A stretch of 64,000 nucleotides of DNA from the NCBI RefSeq assembly GCF_004010195.1, contig NC_057720.1:88759672-88823671 (forward strand). The letters are read 5' to 3'. Position 1 is the stretch's first letter; every line of letters starts with the position of its first letter. Origin of the DNA: Chiloscyllium plagiosum. Taxonomy: Eukaryota. The notes beneath the pieces are model-generated. The model worked only from the letters and a program-made list of their open reading frames with translations, made no database searches and was not told the DNA's origin. The position numbers and the translations under genes are program-made. Of the stretch, positions 63,926 through 64,000 are shown one piece after another.

Positions 63926-64000
63926 CACCACCTCCTATAAAGTAGTGCAAACTTTTTTATTCACCTATTCCATCAGTTTCTTAAACAAAAATAAATTTTA

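Overview
This is repeat-rich vertebrate genomic DNA, very likely from a shark; HE1-type SINEs and their CR1/HER1 partner LINEs point to an elasmobranch (inference). No complete host gene is recognisable, so it reads as a large intron or gene desert. It contains: (1) about 12 HE1-type tRNA-derived SINEs; (2) two near-full-length decayed CR1-type LINEs (15310-19281, 51643-55648) and many LINE 3' fragments; (3) a Rex1-like LINE end and two other tRNA-derived SINEs; (4) about 15 Penelope-like element (PLE) derivatives from several families; (5) a 463-nt assembly gap; (6) several local duplications; (7) a few weak exon candidates; (8) repeat-free AT-rich blocks dense in homeodomain/TALE motifs, which are candidate conserved enhancers. 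The most notable structure is the PLE set. Most copies are short fold-back insertions with both 3' ends facing outward, a tail on one arm only and 10-17 bp target-site duplications, and many carry a minimal hammerhead-ribozyme motif (CTGANGA-A-stem II-GAAA-NN-TH). Family names were assigned from memory of motifs, not from a database search, and boundaries of old repeats are approximate.
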